In this document: piece by piece, positions 29,164 to 39,246 of the stretch | Layout of the letters: each line of letters begins with the position of its first letter | Position numbering within the stretch: position 1 is the first letter of the stretch | Assembly (NCBI GenBank): GCA_963728205.1 | Contig: CAVSIV010000006.1 | Coordinates: 1,792,001 to 1,856,000, forward strand | DNA length: 64,000 bases | Direction of reading: 5' to 3' | Source of the DNA: an uncultured Chloroflexia bacterium | Lineage (GTDB): Bacteria; Chloroflexota; Dehalococcoidia; UBA2979 | The notes under the pieces: model-generated | Told to the model about the DNA's origin: nothing | What the model saw: only the letters and a program-made list of their open reading frames with translations | The model's database searches: none | Translations under genes and position numbers: made by a program

Positions 29164-30071
29164 CGGGTGGCCCCCGGGTCGGCGTCGTCGTCGTACAGCC
29201 GGAGGAAGAGGCTCTCCAGCGAGGGGGGCTCCACGGTGAGGGACTGGATGCCGTGCCGGGTCAGCAGGCTCATCGCCTCCTGCACCCGGCTCGACTCGAT
29301 CGTCGCCGCCAGGCGGTGCCCGTCGACGTGCACGTCGTGCAGCGTGTCGAGCTCCTCGGCGGCGGGAACCCGGTCGAGGACCGCGTGCAGCGAGGTGCGG
29401 GTCTGGCCACGCAGCTCGGTGAGGCTGCCGCTCTGCACGATCGTGCCGTCGCGGATGATGCTCAGCCGGTCGGCGAGCGTCTCGAGCTCGGCGAGGATGT
29501 GGCTGCTCAGGAGCACGCTGGCGCCGCGGGACTTCGCCTCGCCGATGACCTCCTGGAACACGTTCTCCATCAGCGGGTCCAGCCCGCTGGTCGGCTCGTC
29601 GAGGATCAGCAGCTCGACGTCCGAGGCGAGCGCGGCCACGATGGCGACCTTCTGCCGGTTCCCCTTGGAGTACTGGCGACCGCGCTTGGTGGGGTCGAGC
29701 TCGAAGCGCTCGACGAGGTCGGCCCGGCGTGCCTCGTCCAGGCCCCCGCGCATCGCGCCCAGGAGGTCGATGGCCTCCCCACCGCTCATCCCCGGCCACA
29801 GTGCGACGTCCCCCGGCACGTAGGCCAGGCGCCGGTGCAGATCGACGACGTCGTGCCACGGGTCACCTCCGAGCAGGCGAACGGACCCGCCGTCCGCCCT
29901 GAGGAGCCCGAGCAGCACGCGGATCGTCGTGGACTTCCCTGCCCCGTTGGGCCCGAGGAAGCCGTGGACCTGGCCGCGCTCCACGGTCAGGTCCAGCCCC
30001 CGCAGGGCCCGGACGCTGCCGAAGGACTTGGTCAGCCCCTCGACCTCGATGACCGCGTCGTCGGTGCCCAT
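29160..30071 (-). CDS. ABC exporter ATP-binding subunit
   Basis: [31 protein letters not shown]. Confidence 0.93.
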   Translation of the reverse strand: MGTDDAVIEVEGLTKSFGSVRALRGLDLTVERGQVHGFLGPNGAGKSTTIRVLLGLLRADGGSVRLLGGDPWHDVVDLHRRLAYVPGDVALWPGMSGGEAIDLLGAMRGGLDEARRADLVERFELDPTKRGRQYSKGNRQKVAIVAALASDVELLILDEPTSGLDPLMENVFQEVIGEAKSRGASVLLSSHILAELETLADRLSIIRDGTIVQSGSLTELRGQTRTSLHAVLDRVPAAEELDTLHDVHVDGHRLAATIESSRVQEAMSLLTRHGIQSLTVEPPSLESLFLRLYDDDADPGATR

Positions 30072-30214
30072 GGGTCCTGCCTTCGGTGTGGGGGGTGGAG
30101 GTTCCCGGGGAGCATACCCAGTAAATCCACACCTGAGGAAACAAATTCGGCACACACCTGCCACGAGGGCCGGGCGAGCCCGTCGGGCCCCGTCCCGGAC
30201 CCGCGCCGCAGCCG

Positions 30215-31288
30215 TCAGGCTCGGTGGCCCCCCGTGGCCTCCACCCAGTCGAGAAGCAGCCGCTGCCCGGCGCCGGAGTCCAGCACCTCCTCCGCCCGAT
30301 CCGCACCGAGGCGCACCGCGGCAGCCAGGCCCCCTCGGGTGGGTGCACCGTCGCCCAGCCCCGCCGCGACGGCCAGGGCCATGCCGGCGTTGAGCACGAC
30401 CGCGTCGCGCACCGGCCCGGGGTCACCGGCCAACAGCCGCCGCACGACCTCCGCGTTGTGCTCCGCGGACCCCCCGCGCAGCGACTCGACGGGGCTGCGC
30501 TCGATCCCGACGTCGTCCGGGTCGAGCACGAGCTCGGTGACCTCCCCGTCACGCACCCACCAGACGGTCGAGGTGGTGGCGAGGGTGAGCTCGTCGAGAC
30601 CGTCGTCCCCCCGGAACACCGCGGCGGTTCGACCGCGATCGGCGAAGACACCGGCCATGAGCGGGGCCATCCGGAGGTCGGCGACCCCCACCGCGGCATA
30701 CGTCGGCTGCGCCGGGTTGGTGAGCGGGCCGAGCGCGTTGAAGGCCGTGCCCACCCCGAGGTCGCGACGGGCCACCGCGGCGTGGCGCATCGAGGGGTGG
30801 AAGGCGTTCGCGAAGCAGAAGGTGATGCCCACCTCGGAGGCGACGGCCGCGACCTGCTCCGGGGCGAGGGTCAGCGAGACGCCCAGCGCCTCGAGCACGT
30901 CGGCGGACCCAGAGCTCGAGGAGGCCGCTCGGTTCCCGTGCTTGACGACCCGCACGCCGCTGGCCGCCACGACGATCGAGGCCATCGTCGAGATGTTGAC
31001 CGAGTGCAGACGGTCCCCGCCGGTGCCCACGACGTCGATGCTCGGTCCCGGCACCTCGATGCGGGTCGCGTGCTCGAGCATGACGTCGGCCAGGCCGCGC
31101 AGCTCCTCGACGCTCTCCCCCTTGGCGCGCAGCCCGATGAGGAAGCCCGCCAGCTGCGCCGGGGTCGCCTCCCCGAGCATGACCTCCGTCATCGCCCACC
31201 GGGCCTGCGCCGAGGAGAGGTCCTCGCGGCGCAGGAGCAGCGTGAGGATGTCCGGCCAGGTCGAGTCGTCCGGATCCGCTGAGGTCAC
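30215..31288 (-). CDS. trpD: Anthranilate phosphoribosyltransferase
   Basis: [43 protein letters not shown]. Confidence 0.95.
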   Translation of the reverse strand: MTSADPDDSTWPDILTLLLRREDLSSAQARWAMTEVMLGEATPAQLAGFLIGLRAKGESVEELRGLADVMLEHATRIEVPGPSIDVVGTGGDRLHSVNISTMASIVVAASGVRVVKHGNRAASSSSGSADVLEALGVSLTLAPEQVAAVASEVGITFCFANAFHPSMRHAAVARRDLGVGTAFNALGPLTNPAQPTYAAVGVADLRMAPLMAGVFADRGRTAAVFRGDDGLDELTLATTSTVWWVRDGEVTELVLDPDDVGIERSPVESLRGGSAEHNAEVVRRLLAGDPGPVRDAVVLNAGMALAVAAGLGDGAPTRGGLAAAVRLGADRAEEVLDSGAGQRLLLDWVEATGGHRA

Positions 31289-31290
31289 GG

Positions 31291-31740
31291 TCAGGCGACC
31301 GCGGCCCGGGCGCGGGCCAGCTTCGCGATGGCCTCGGACACGGCGATCGGGTCGAGCGGGTGCGGCACCGCCTCGTCGGCGAGGGACCAGCCGGCGAGCC
31401 ACCCGTCCTGGGGCCTCCCCGTGAGCACGAGGATCGGGGGGCACTCGAAGATCTCGCTCTTGAGCTGGCGGCACAGGCCCAGCCCGCCCATCGGCGCCGC
31501 CTCGCCGTCGAGCACGACGACGTCGTGACCTCCCGCGTCCATCGCCTCGATGACCGCCTCCTGGGTGGCGCACTCGCGCCAAGCGACGATCTCCACGTCA
31601 CGGGCCGGTCGGCGCCCGGCCGCGGCGCGGACCGCGTCACGGGTGGTGATGTCGTCGCTGTAGAGGAGGACCGAGATGCGTTGGATGCCGTCGGTCGCGC
31701 CGCCCGGGTCCGGGGTCACGGAGTCGTGCGAAGTGGTCAT
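31291..31740 (-). CDS. Stand-alone atypical response-regulator receiver protein
   Basis: LYSDD...[20 protein letters not shown]...LVLTGRPQD...VPHPLDP. Confidence 0.75.
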   Translation of the reverse strand: MTTSHDSVTPDPGGATDGIQRISVLLYSDDITTRDAVRAAAGRRPARDVEIVAWRECATQEAVIEAMDAGGHDVVVLDGEAAPMGGLGLCRQLKSEIFECPPILVLTGRPQDGWLAGWSLADEAVPHPLDPIAVSEAIAKLARARAAVA

Positions 31741-31825
31741 GGCGGCATGCTACCGGTGGACCCGATCGACAGATGTCTAGTCTTTCGGGGGGTCGGCGCA
31801 GCGCGAGCACCAACTCTTCGCCATA

Positions 31826-32503
31826 ATGGCTCCCGTGGCGACTCAAGCACCGGCTCTGACCGAGCCCAGAGGACCTGTTCCGTCCATCCCGGGGCAGGGC
31901 CCTGCGACCCGTCCGAACATGGTCGCGGTCGGGACGATGGTCTGGCTGTCCAGCGAGCTCATGTTCTTCGCGGCACTGTTCGCGTTCTACTTCACCATCC
32001 GCGGGCACGAGCCCGCCCTGTGGGCCGAACGCACCTCCCAGCTCAACGTGCCGTTCGCGCTCGCCAACACCCTGATCCTCGTGATCTCCTCGGTCTGGTG
32101 CCAGCTCGGCGTCTGGGCCGCCGAGCGCGGCGTGGCCGCGCGGCCGGCGGGTGTCTCGCTCCTGGCCGTCAAGGAGTGGGGCATGCGTGAGTGGTACGCC
32201 CTCACCTACATCTTCGGCTCGGTGTTCATCGCCGGCCAGGTCTACGAGTACGCCCACCTCGTCCAGGAGGGCGTGACGCTCGCCTCCGACCCCTACGGCT
32301 CGATCTTCTACCTCGCCACGGGCTTCCACGGGCTCCACGTGACCGGTGGGCTCATCGCCTTCATGCTCATCATCGGCCGCAGCTTCACGACGCGCCGCTA
32401 CACCCACGCACAGGCCACCGGAGCCGTCGTCACCTCCTACTACTGGCACTTCGTCGACGTCGTCTGGGTCGCCCTGTTCCTCATGATCTACGTTCTGAAG
32501 TGA
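31826..32503 (+). CDS. ctaE: Cytochrome c oxidase subunit III
   Basis: [26 protein letters not shown]. Confidence 0.95.
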   Translation: MAPVATQAPALTEPRGPVPSIPGQGPATRPNMVAVGTMVWLSSELMFFAALFAFYFTIRGHEPALWAERTSQLNVPFALANTLILVISSVWCQLGVWAAERGVAARPAGVSLLAVKEWGMREWYALTYIFGSVFIAGQVYEYAHLVQEGVTLASDPYGSIFYLATGFHGLHVTGGLIAFMLIIGRSFTTRRYTHAQATGAVVTSYYWHFVDVVWVALFLMIYVLK

Positions 32504-32552
32504 CCTTCCCGCCCTGCCCCGACCACCCGCACCCCGCAGACAGGAAAGCATC

Positions 32553-33368
32553 GTGAACGCACTGGCAGCCCGCCGCCGCCATCCGGCAGCGATCGCCGTC
32601 CTCCTCGTGCTGGGGCTCTTCCTCACCGGCGCCGTGTACGCCGCAGTGGCACCCACCCGGGCCGACGCCACGACGAAGGCCCTGCCGGCTCAGACCGCCG
32701 AGGAGGGCCGGGCGCTCTTCCGGGCCAACTGCGCGTCCTGCCACGGCCTCAACGCCGAGGGGCGTCCGACGGGGAACGGCGACAACATCGCCGGCCCCGC
32801 CCTCGCGGGCGTCGGCGCAGCGTCCGTCGACTTCCAGATGGGCACGGGCCGGATGCCGATGGCCGCTCCCGGCGTCCAGGCCCCGGCCGGTGCCGAGGTG
32901 AAGTTCTCCGACGCCGACATCGAGGCCATCGGGGCCTACATCGCGTCGCTGGCACCGGGCCCTGCGGTCCCCAGTGACGAGGCGGTCGACCCGACGAAGG
33001 GCGATGCCGCCGCCGGCGGAGAGCTGTTCCGGGTCAACTGCGCGATGTGCCACAACTTCGCCGGTGCCGGTGGGGCGCTCACCCGGGGCAAGTACGCCCC
33101 GGCCATCAGCAGCACCATCAGCGACAAGCACATCTACGAGGCCATGGAGACCGGCCCGCAGAGCATGCCCGTCTTCGGCGACAACAACCTCACCCCCGAG
33201 AGCAAGCGCGACATCGTCGCCTTCCTCGACACCATCGACGAGGCCGAGAGCCCCGGGGGCATGACGCTCGGTTCGCTCGGCCCGGTCACCGAGGGCCTGT
33301 TCGCCTGGGTCTTCGGCCTCGGGATCCTCGTCGGCTGCGCCGTCTGGCTCGGCTCGAAGGCCGCCTGA
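32553..33368 (+). CDS. qcrC: Cytochrome bc1 diheme cytochrome c subunit
   Basis: Two CxxCH motifs (CASCH, CAMCH). Confidence 0.95.
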   Translation: MNALAARRRHPAAIAVLLVLGLFLTGAVYAAVAPTRADATTKALPAQTAEEGRALFRANCASCHGLNAEGRPTGNGDNIAGPALAGVGAASVDFQMGTGRMPMAAPGVQAPAGAEVKFSDADIEAIGAYIASLAPGPAVPSDEAVDPTKGDAAAGGELFRVNCAMCHNFAGAGGALTRGKYAPAISSTISDKHIYEAMETGPQSMPVFGDNNLTPESKRDIVAFLDTIDEAESPGGMTLGSLGPVTEGLFAWVFGLGILVGCAVWLGSKAA

Positions 33369-33412
33369 CCACACCCCGTCCCACCGCCACGTCGACACAG
33401 ATCGGTAGCCCG

Positions 33413-34540
33413 ATGAACGAGCACGACACGCCACCCACCGGCTCCGAGGTGACCCCCACCTCCGGTCCGGGCGCCCCGGTGCGCCTGGACCAAGGTCACG
33501 TCGTCGGTGATGGCGGCGTGCCGGAGAGGTTCACCAACCCCGGGCTGCCGGCGCACACCCCCCGGATGGCCGACCTCGGCGAGGATGCTGCCAAGCGGGC
33601 CGAGAAGCAGGTCGCCACCCTCTTCGGCATCTCCATGCTCGGCACCGTGCTGTTCATCGTGCTGTACTTCGCGATCGACGTCGAGCAGACGGTCTTCATC
33701 CCCGGCATCGGCCTCACCAGCGCCTCCAACTTCGCCCTCGGGGTCACCCTGGCGATGGGCCTGCTCGGGATCGGCTTCGGCGCCGTGCACTGGGCCAAGA
33801 CCCTCATGCCCGACGAGGAGATCGTCGAGTCCCGGCACCCCATGCGGTCGGGCGAGGAGGCCCGGGACGGCTTCGTCGAGACGCTGCGCGAAGGCGGCTC
33901 CGACGCCCAGCTCAGCCGCCGCCCCCTCATCAAGTACACGTTGGGCGGCGCCCTGGGACTGTTCGCGGTCCCGCTCCTCGTCCAGGTCGCCGGCAGCCTC
34001 GGCCCGATGCCCCAGAAGAGCCTGTCGCTGACCTTCTGGAACGGCGGACCGAGCGGACCCGGCGAGGAGCCCGAGTTCGTCCCGTTGCGGTTGGTGCGTG
34101 ACCCGGAGAACACGCCGATCAAGGCGAGCGACGTGACCATCGGGTCGGTCTTCCACGTGCTGCCCGAGGGCCTGCTCGACCTCGAGGAGCACCGCCTCGA
34201 GGAGAAGGCCAAGGCGGCCGTCCTCCTCATGCGGCTCGACCCCGACATCATCGAGTCCCAGAAGGAGCTCGACTGGGGCTACCAGGGCATCGTCGCCTAC
34301 TCGAAGATCTGCACCCACGTCGGCTGTCCGGTGGGGCTGTACGAGCAGCAGACCCACCATCTGCTCTGCCCGTGCCACCAGTCGACCTTCGACGTGACCC
34401 AGGACTGCAAGGTGATCTTCGGGCCGGCCAAGCGACCCCTGCCCCAGCTCGCCATCACCGTCGACGACGAGGGCTACCTCGTGTCCACCCAGCCGTTCCG
34501 CGAAGCGGTCGGCCCGAGCTTCTGGGAGCGTGGCCTGTGA
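33413..34540 (+). CDS. qcrA: Cytochrome bc1 Rieske Fe-S subunit
   Basis: CTHVGC and CPCHQS; three N-terminal TMs. Confidence 0.95.
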   Translation: MNEHDTPPTGSEVTPTSGPGAPVRLDQGHVVGDGGVPERFTNPGLPAHTPRMADLGEDAAKRAEKQVATLFGISMLGTVLFIVLYFAIDVEQTVFIPGIGLTSASNFALGVTLAMGLLGIGFGAVHWAKTLMPDEEIVESRHPMRSGEEARDGFVETLREGGSDAQLSRRPLIKYTLGGALGLFAVPLLVQVAGSLGPMPQKSLSLTFWNGGPSGPGEEPEFVPLRLVRDPENTPIKASDVTIGSVFHVLPEGLLDLEEHRLEEKAKAAVLLMRLDPDIIESQKELDWGYQGIVAYSKICTHVGCPVGLYEQQTHHLLCPCHQSTFDVTQDCKVIFGPAKRPLPQLAITVDDEGYLVSTQPFREAVGPSFWERGL

Positions 34541-36288
34541 CGACCTCGAGCACCCGACCGGCCGACGCCCTGCGCGAGGGCGACAGCACCCCGACGCCGC
34601 GCTCCTCCGCCACCGCCCGCACGATCGGCGGACTCGGCGGCTGGGTCGATGACCGCACCGGCTCCGCCAAGCCCGCCAGATACCTCATGAAGAAGGTCTT
34701 CCCCGACCACTGGTCCTTCATGCTGGGCGAGATCGCGATGTACTCGATGATCATCTGCCTGGTGACCGGGGCCTTCCTCACCTTCTGGTACGTGCCGAGC
34801 ATGGGCCTGACGATCTACAACGGGTCCTACGTGCCGCTGCGTGGCATCGAGATGTCCGAGGCCTACAAGTCGACGCTCGACATCTCCTTCGACATCAAGG
34901 GCGGCCTGATCATCCGCCAGATCCACCACTGGGCAGCGCTGATGTTCGTCGTCGCGCTCGTGGTGCACATGTTCCGGGTCTTCTTCACCGGGGCCTTCCG
35001 CAAGCCGCGCGAGATCAACTGGGTCATCGGCTCGGTCCTCGCGCTGCTCGCCATCGTCGAGGGCTTCGCGGGCTACTCCCTCCCCGACGACCTGCTCTCG
35101 GGAACCGGCATCCGGGCCATGCAGGGCTTCGTCCAGTCCGCACCGGTCATCGGCTCCTACCTCGTCTACGCGATCTTCGGCGGGCCCTTCCCCGGTGAGC
35201 TGATCATCCCCCGGCTCTACTCGGCGCACATCCTCCTCATCCCGGCACTGCTCGTCGGGCTGTTCACCGCGCACATCGCCATCGTCTTCATCCAGAAGCA
35301 CACCCAGTACCCCGGCCCGGGCCGCACCAACGACAACGTCGTCGGCTACCCGGTGATGCCGGTGTACGCCGCCAAGGCGGGCGGCTTCTTCTTCATCGTC
35401 TTCGGGATCACGGCCCTCATCTCGGCCGTCGTCGGGATCAACCCGATCTGGGGCTACGGGCCCTACGACCCGTCCGCGGTCACCGCAGGCGCGCAGCCGG
35501 ACTGGTACATGGGGTTCGCCGACGGCGCACTGCGCCTGCTACCCGGGTGGCTGGAGTTCACGGCGTTCGGCTACACCATCTCCGCCAACATCTTCCCGGG
35601 TGCGCTCATCCTGCTCCCGATGGTCTATGTCGTCCTCGGGATCTATCCCTTCGTCGAGAAGTGGGCCACCGGTGACAACCGGGAGCACCACCTGCTCCAG
35701 CGCCCCCGCAACGCGCCGGTCCGCACCGGCATCGGGATGGCCGGGATCACCGCCTACACCGTGCTGATGTTCGCGTCCGGCAACGACATCATGGCGATCA
35801 AGCTCGACATGTCGATCAACGACCTCACCTGGTTCTTCCGGATCGGCTTCTTCGTCCTGCCCCCCATCGCCTTCTGGATCACCAAGCGGGTCTGCCTCTC
35901 GCTGCAGCGCCGCGACCGTGACACCGTGCTCCACGGCGTCGAGAGCGGCACCATCATCAGGACGCCCGACGGTCGCTTCTTCGAGCGTCACGAGGCGATG
36001 CTGCCGGAGGACCAGTGGATCCTCGTCCAGCACGAGGCGGTCGCACCGCTCGAGCTCGAGGCCGGCGTCGATGCCAACGGCGTGGCGCGCAGGACCGGTC
36101 GCCTGGACCGGGCCCGCGCCAGGCTGTCGCACTTCTACTTCGCCGATGCCGTCAACCCGGTGACGCCCGCAGAGCTGGCGGCCGCCCACCACGACGGTCA
36201 GGAGATGGAGTCCATCGAGGCGTCCGGCGGACCCGCAACCCTCGAGGGTGAGAAGGAGACCGAGGCGTCGGGGCCGACTCGCCACTGA
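34537..36288 (+). CDS. qcrB: Cytochrome bc1 cytochrome b subunit
   Basis: FPDHWSFMLGE, RQIHHWAA, HMFRVFF, QPDWY; GTGA overlap with qcrA. Confidence 0.95.
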   Translation: MTTSSTRPADALREGDSTPTPRSSATARTIGGLGGWVDDRTGSAKPARYLMKKVFPDHWSFMLGEIAMYSMIICLVTGAFLTFWYVPSMGLTIYNGSYVPLRGIEMSEAYKSTLDISFDIKGGLIIRQIHHWAALMFVVALVVHMFRVFFTGAFRKPREINWVIGSVLALLAIVEGFAGYSLPDDLLSGTGIRAMQGFVQSAPVIGSYLVYAIFGGPFPGELIIPRLYSAHILLIPALLVGLFTAHIAIVFIQKHTQYPGPGRTNDNVVGYPVMPVYAAKAGGFFFIVFGITALISAVVGINPIWGYGPYDPSAVTAGAQPDWYMGFADGALRLLPGWLEFTAFGYTISANIFPGALILLPMVYVVLGIYPFVEKWATGDNREHHLLQRPRNAPVRTGIGMAGITAYTVLMFASGNDIMAIKLDMSINDLTWFFRIGFFVLPPIAFWITKRVCLSLQRRDRDTVLHGVESGTIIRTPDGRFFERHEAMLPEDQWILVQHEAVAPLELEAGVDANGVARRTGRLDRARARLSHFYFADAVNPVTPAELAAAHHDGQEMESIEASGGPATLEGEKETEASGPTRH

Positions 36289-36302
36289 CTGCGCGCCCAG
36301 CA

Positions 36303-36353
36303 CGACGATCGGATGCCGTGTCCTCCTCCGGGAGGCACGGCATCCGATCGTTG
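36303..36353 (+). terminator. Strong hairpin after qcrB (probable intrinsic terminator)
   Basis: cgacgatcggatgccgtg (36303-36320) pairs with cacggcatccgatcgttg (36336-36353); followed by cactgc x3. Confidence 0.75.
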
Positions 36354-36531
36354 CACTGCCACTGCCACTGCCGGCGTGGCCCGCGCCATGGGTGAGGACG
36401 CGTGATGGGGGTGAACGCGACGGCGAACGTACCGGCGGGTAGCGCTGGACACCGGAGCCGAAGCCGAGGACCGTGGGAGGCCCGGCCGGGTCGCACCTTC
36501 CCCGCCGGGCCGGGTGCCCCGAGGGGGACGG

Positions 36532-37819
36532 ATGAGCAAGACCCCGCGTCTCAGGTCGACGTCGCGATATACCGTCTGCGCCACACCGGCCGGGCGGGCG
36601 CGACGTGCTGACCTGCGCCCGGGCGCTGGTGGGCGTGCTGCTGGCCACCCTCGCTACCCTGTCGCTCCTGCCGGGTCGGGCCACGGCGTCCCCCGCGACG
36701 ACGGGCGTGTCGTCACCCGCGTCGGTCACCATGGCCGGACGCGAGCCACCCGACGTCGTCGGTCTCGGCCTCTCGGCCGCCCAGGACCTCATCGCGGAGC
36801 AGTGGTACCCGAACCAGCGCTATGCCCTGGTCGTGCGGGTCGAGCCGGAGGTCCCGGACATCGTGCCCCCCGAGGCGACGCTCGTCGTCGACCAGCTGGT
36901 GGAGCAGTACCTCGAGGACAGCGACGACGTGCGGCCCTCGGCGACGATCGTGCTCACGGTCGGCTCATCAGTGGCCGACCTCATCGGTCGCACAGCCCCG
37001 GAGGCCGAGGAGCTCCTCGACTCGCTGGGGTTGATCATCCGACCTCGCGGTGAGGGTCGGGTGGTTCGACAGTCCGTCGCCCCCGGGGAGCTCGTGCCGT
37101 TTCGCACGGTCGTGGCAGTGGATCTCGCCACGGTGCCGGACGACACACGCACGGTCCCCGACCTGATCGGCCTGACAGCCGCCCAGGCACGGGCAGCAGT
37201 CGAGGGGGTCGACCTGACGATGCGCGTCGAGGCCGACTCCGGTGACGGTGAGCAGACGGTGAGCGCGCAGGACCCACCTCCGCAGACGACGCTGCAGCCG
37301 GGGGATGCCGTGAGCGTCACGCTCGTCGGGTCGGGCACTCCCCTGACGACGACCCTCGTGCCGGATGTCACGGGCCTGGAACCTCAGGTGGTGCGGCAGG
37401 TGCTCGACGCGGCAGGTCTGCCCATGAGCATCGACCCGGCCGGATCCGTCGACGAGGGAATCTCGTTCCGTCAGGACCCCGAGCCGGGCCAACGAGTGGC
37501 GCCGGGAACAGCGGTGACGGTCGCCTTCGCCGTCGTCACCGACGACGAACCCGCGGCCTGGCTACCCGTGGCCGGGGTGGCCGCAGTCGTGCTGCTCCTC
37601 CTCGCCCTGGTCCTGTGGGCCGTGCCGGCGCTCAGGTCCGCAGGTCCCCGCCCCGCCCCTCCCACCGAGGCCGCCCCGCCCGAGGTCGTCGTGGAACCGC
37701 ATCCGGACTCCTCCCCCACGGTGTCCGTGGACTCCACGGCCGCGGACGAGGACCTCGTCCTGAGAGTCCTGGCCATCCCGGAGGCGGGCAGGTTCCTGCT
37801 CGAGGAGGAGCCGCGATGA
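36532..37819 (+). CDS. Kinase-less multi-PASTA membrane protein (start 36532 with a frameshift, or 36605)
   Basis: Signal-like ALVGVLLATLATLSLL..ATA; four PASTA-like repeats (PDVVG, ADLIG, VPDLIG, VPDVTG...QDP.PG); C-terminal TM and tail. Confidence 0.75.
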
Positions 37820-38382
37820 TCCTGTTGTCCGGAGCGACGACGGCACGTGACCTCCTCTTCGGAGGCCACCGGGCCGAGGAGCCGCCCCTGTCACTCGACC
37901 TGGGTGCGGCCCTCGACCAGGTCGACCCCTCGACCCTGGGCAGCGCGGTCCGGGAGTCCCTCCGGCGGGATGTCTCCGAGGCGGCGCTGGGGTTGCTGGA
38001 GCTCGACCTGACCGACGTCCTGGTCGCCGGCTGGACCAAGCACTCGGCGCTGCGTGCGGCGGGCCGACGGACCAAGGCCGCGCCCGGGACCTTCGAGACC
38101 GTCCAGCTCGCGGAGCACCGCATCTCCTGGGAGGCCACCCCCTACGTCGACGTCCTCCTCAGCGGGCTCCGGCTCGGCCGGCTGCAGCTCACACTTGGCG
38201 TGACGGTGGACGTCACAGGCCTTGCCGCGTCCGTGAGCGCCGGGCGGCTCGCCGCCCTGGTGGCCGGCGACGCCCTCGTGGAGGTGTCCCTGAGCGCCGG
38301 GGAGACTCCGGTCGCCAGCCGCAGCCGGCGCCTCGACGTCCACACCGAGCTGGGCCTCGGGGACGGACTCCGGCTCGCCTGA
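37816..38382 (+). CDS. Hypothetical protein coupled to the PASTA gene
   Basis: ATGA overlap, SD GAGGAGG; MILLSGATTARDLLFG...DLTDVLVAGWTKH...VQLAEHRI. Confidence 0.7.
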   Translation: MILLSGATTARDLLFGGHRAEEPPLSLDLGAALDQVDPSTLGSAVRESLRRDVSEAALGLLELDLTDVLVAGWTKHSALRAAGRRTKAAPGTFETVQLAEHRISWEATPYVDVLLSGLRLGRLQLTLGVTVDVTGLAASVSAGRLAALVAGDALVEVSLSAGETPVASRSRRLDVHTELGLGDGLRLA

Positions 38383-38466
38383 AGGCCGCAGTGAGCCGGG
38401 GGTATGGCACCGCGGGGCGCGGGTGGCACGGCGCCAGGCAGCCGGGCAGGGTGGCAGGCTGTGGGC

Positions 38467-38820
38467 GTGCACCCCATCACCGGCGACGCATTCGACGCCA
38501 TCGTCGAGGATGCCCTCGACGAGGTACCCGAGGAGCTGATGGCGATGCTCGACAACGTCGTCTTCCTCGTGGAGGACGAACCACCGCCGGGCGACCCGGA
38601 CCTGCTGGGGGTCTACGAGGGCGTGCCCCTCACCGAACGCGGGGAGTTCGGGGGCGCCGGATCACTGCCGGATGCCATCACGCTGTTCCGGGGCCCGCTC
38701 ACGAGGATGTGCGGCGACACCGAGGAACTCATCGACGAGATAGCGGTGACGGTCGTGCACGAAATCGCCCACCACTTCGGGATCGACGACGAGGCGCTGC
38801 ACCGGCTCGGGTGGGGCTGA
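38467..38820 (+). CDS. Zincin-like metallopeptidase (DUF1025/Zincin_1)
   Basis: LLGVYEGVPLTER...PDAITLFR...TVVHEIAHHFG. Confidence 0.88.
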   Translation: MHPITGDAFDAIVEDALDEVPEELMAMLDNVVFLVEDEPPPGDPDLLGVYEGVPLTERGEFGGAGSLPDAITLFRGPLTRMCGDTEELIDEIAVTVVHEIAHHFGIDDEALHRLGWG

Positions 38821-38829
38821 GCTCGACGC

Positions 38830-39243
38830 TCAGAGCGCGTTCTGGCCCTTCCAGTACTCGAAGGTCCAGCCGACGAGGGCCGGGACGGCGAAGAACGCCC
38901 CGATGATGAAGAGCCACCAGCCGACCGCGAGCCCCAGGAAGCAGATCGCCGCCGAGGCCGCGAGGAACAGCGGCCACCAGCTGTGCGGGCTGAAGAAGCC
39001 GTAGTCACCCTGGATCTCGTCGATGTCACCGAGCGGGTCGTCCGACGGGTCGGCCTCCAGCCGGCGCCGCGTCATCCAGAGGTACCACGCGATCATGAAG
39101 CCGAGCAGTCCGCCCAGAGCCAACCCGATCACACCGACCCACTCGACACCGATCTCCGTCGAGCTGGTCCAGAAGCCGTAGATCGTGGCCATGAGGAAGG
39201 CGAAGACCCCGATGAGGCTCCCGATGCGTTCCATCGCCCTCAT
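38830..39243 (-). CDS. ctaF: Cytochrome c oxidase subunit 4
   Basis: GFFSPHSWWPL...GWTFEY; follows ctaD. Confidence 0.92.
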   Translation of the reverse strand: MRAMERIGSLIGVFAFLMATIYGFWTSSTEIGVEWVGVIGLALGGLLGFMIAWYLWMTRRRLEADPSDDPLGDIDEIQGDYGFFSPHSWWPLFLAASAAICFLGLAVGWWLFIIGAFFAVPALVGWTFEYWKGQNAL

Positions 39244-39246
39244 CGG

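Noticed and set aside
36354-36611. cactgc x3 microrepeat and the 69-aa ORF 36402-36611
   Set aside because: Too short and without motifs; the ORF is better explained as the leader or frameshifted start region of the PASTA gene.
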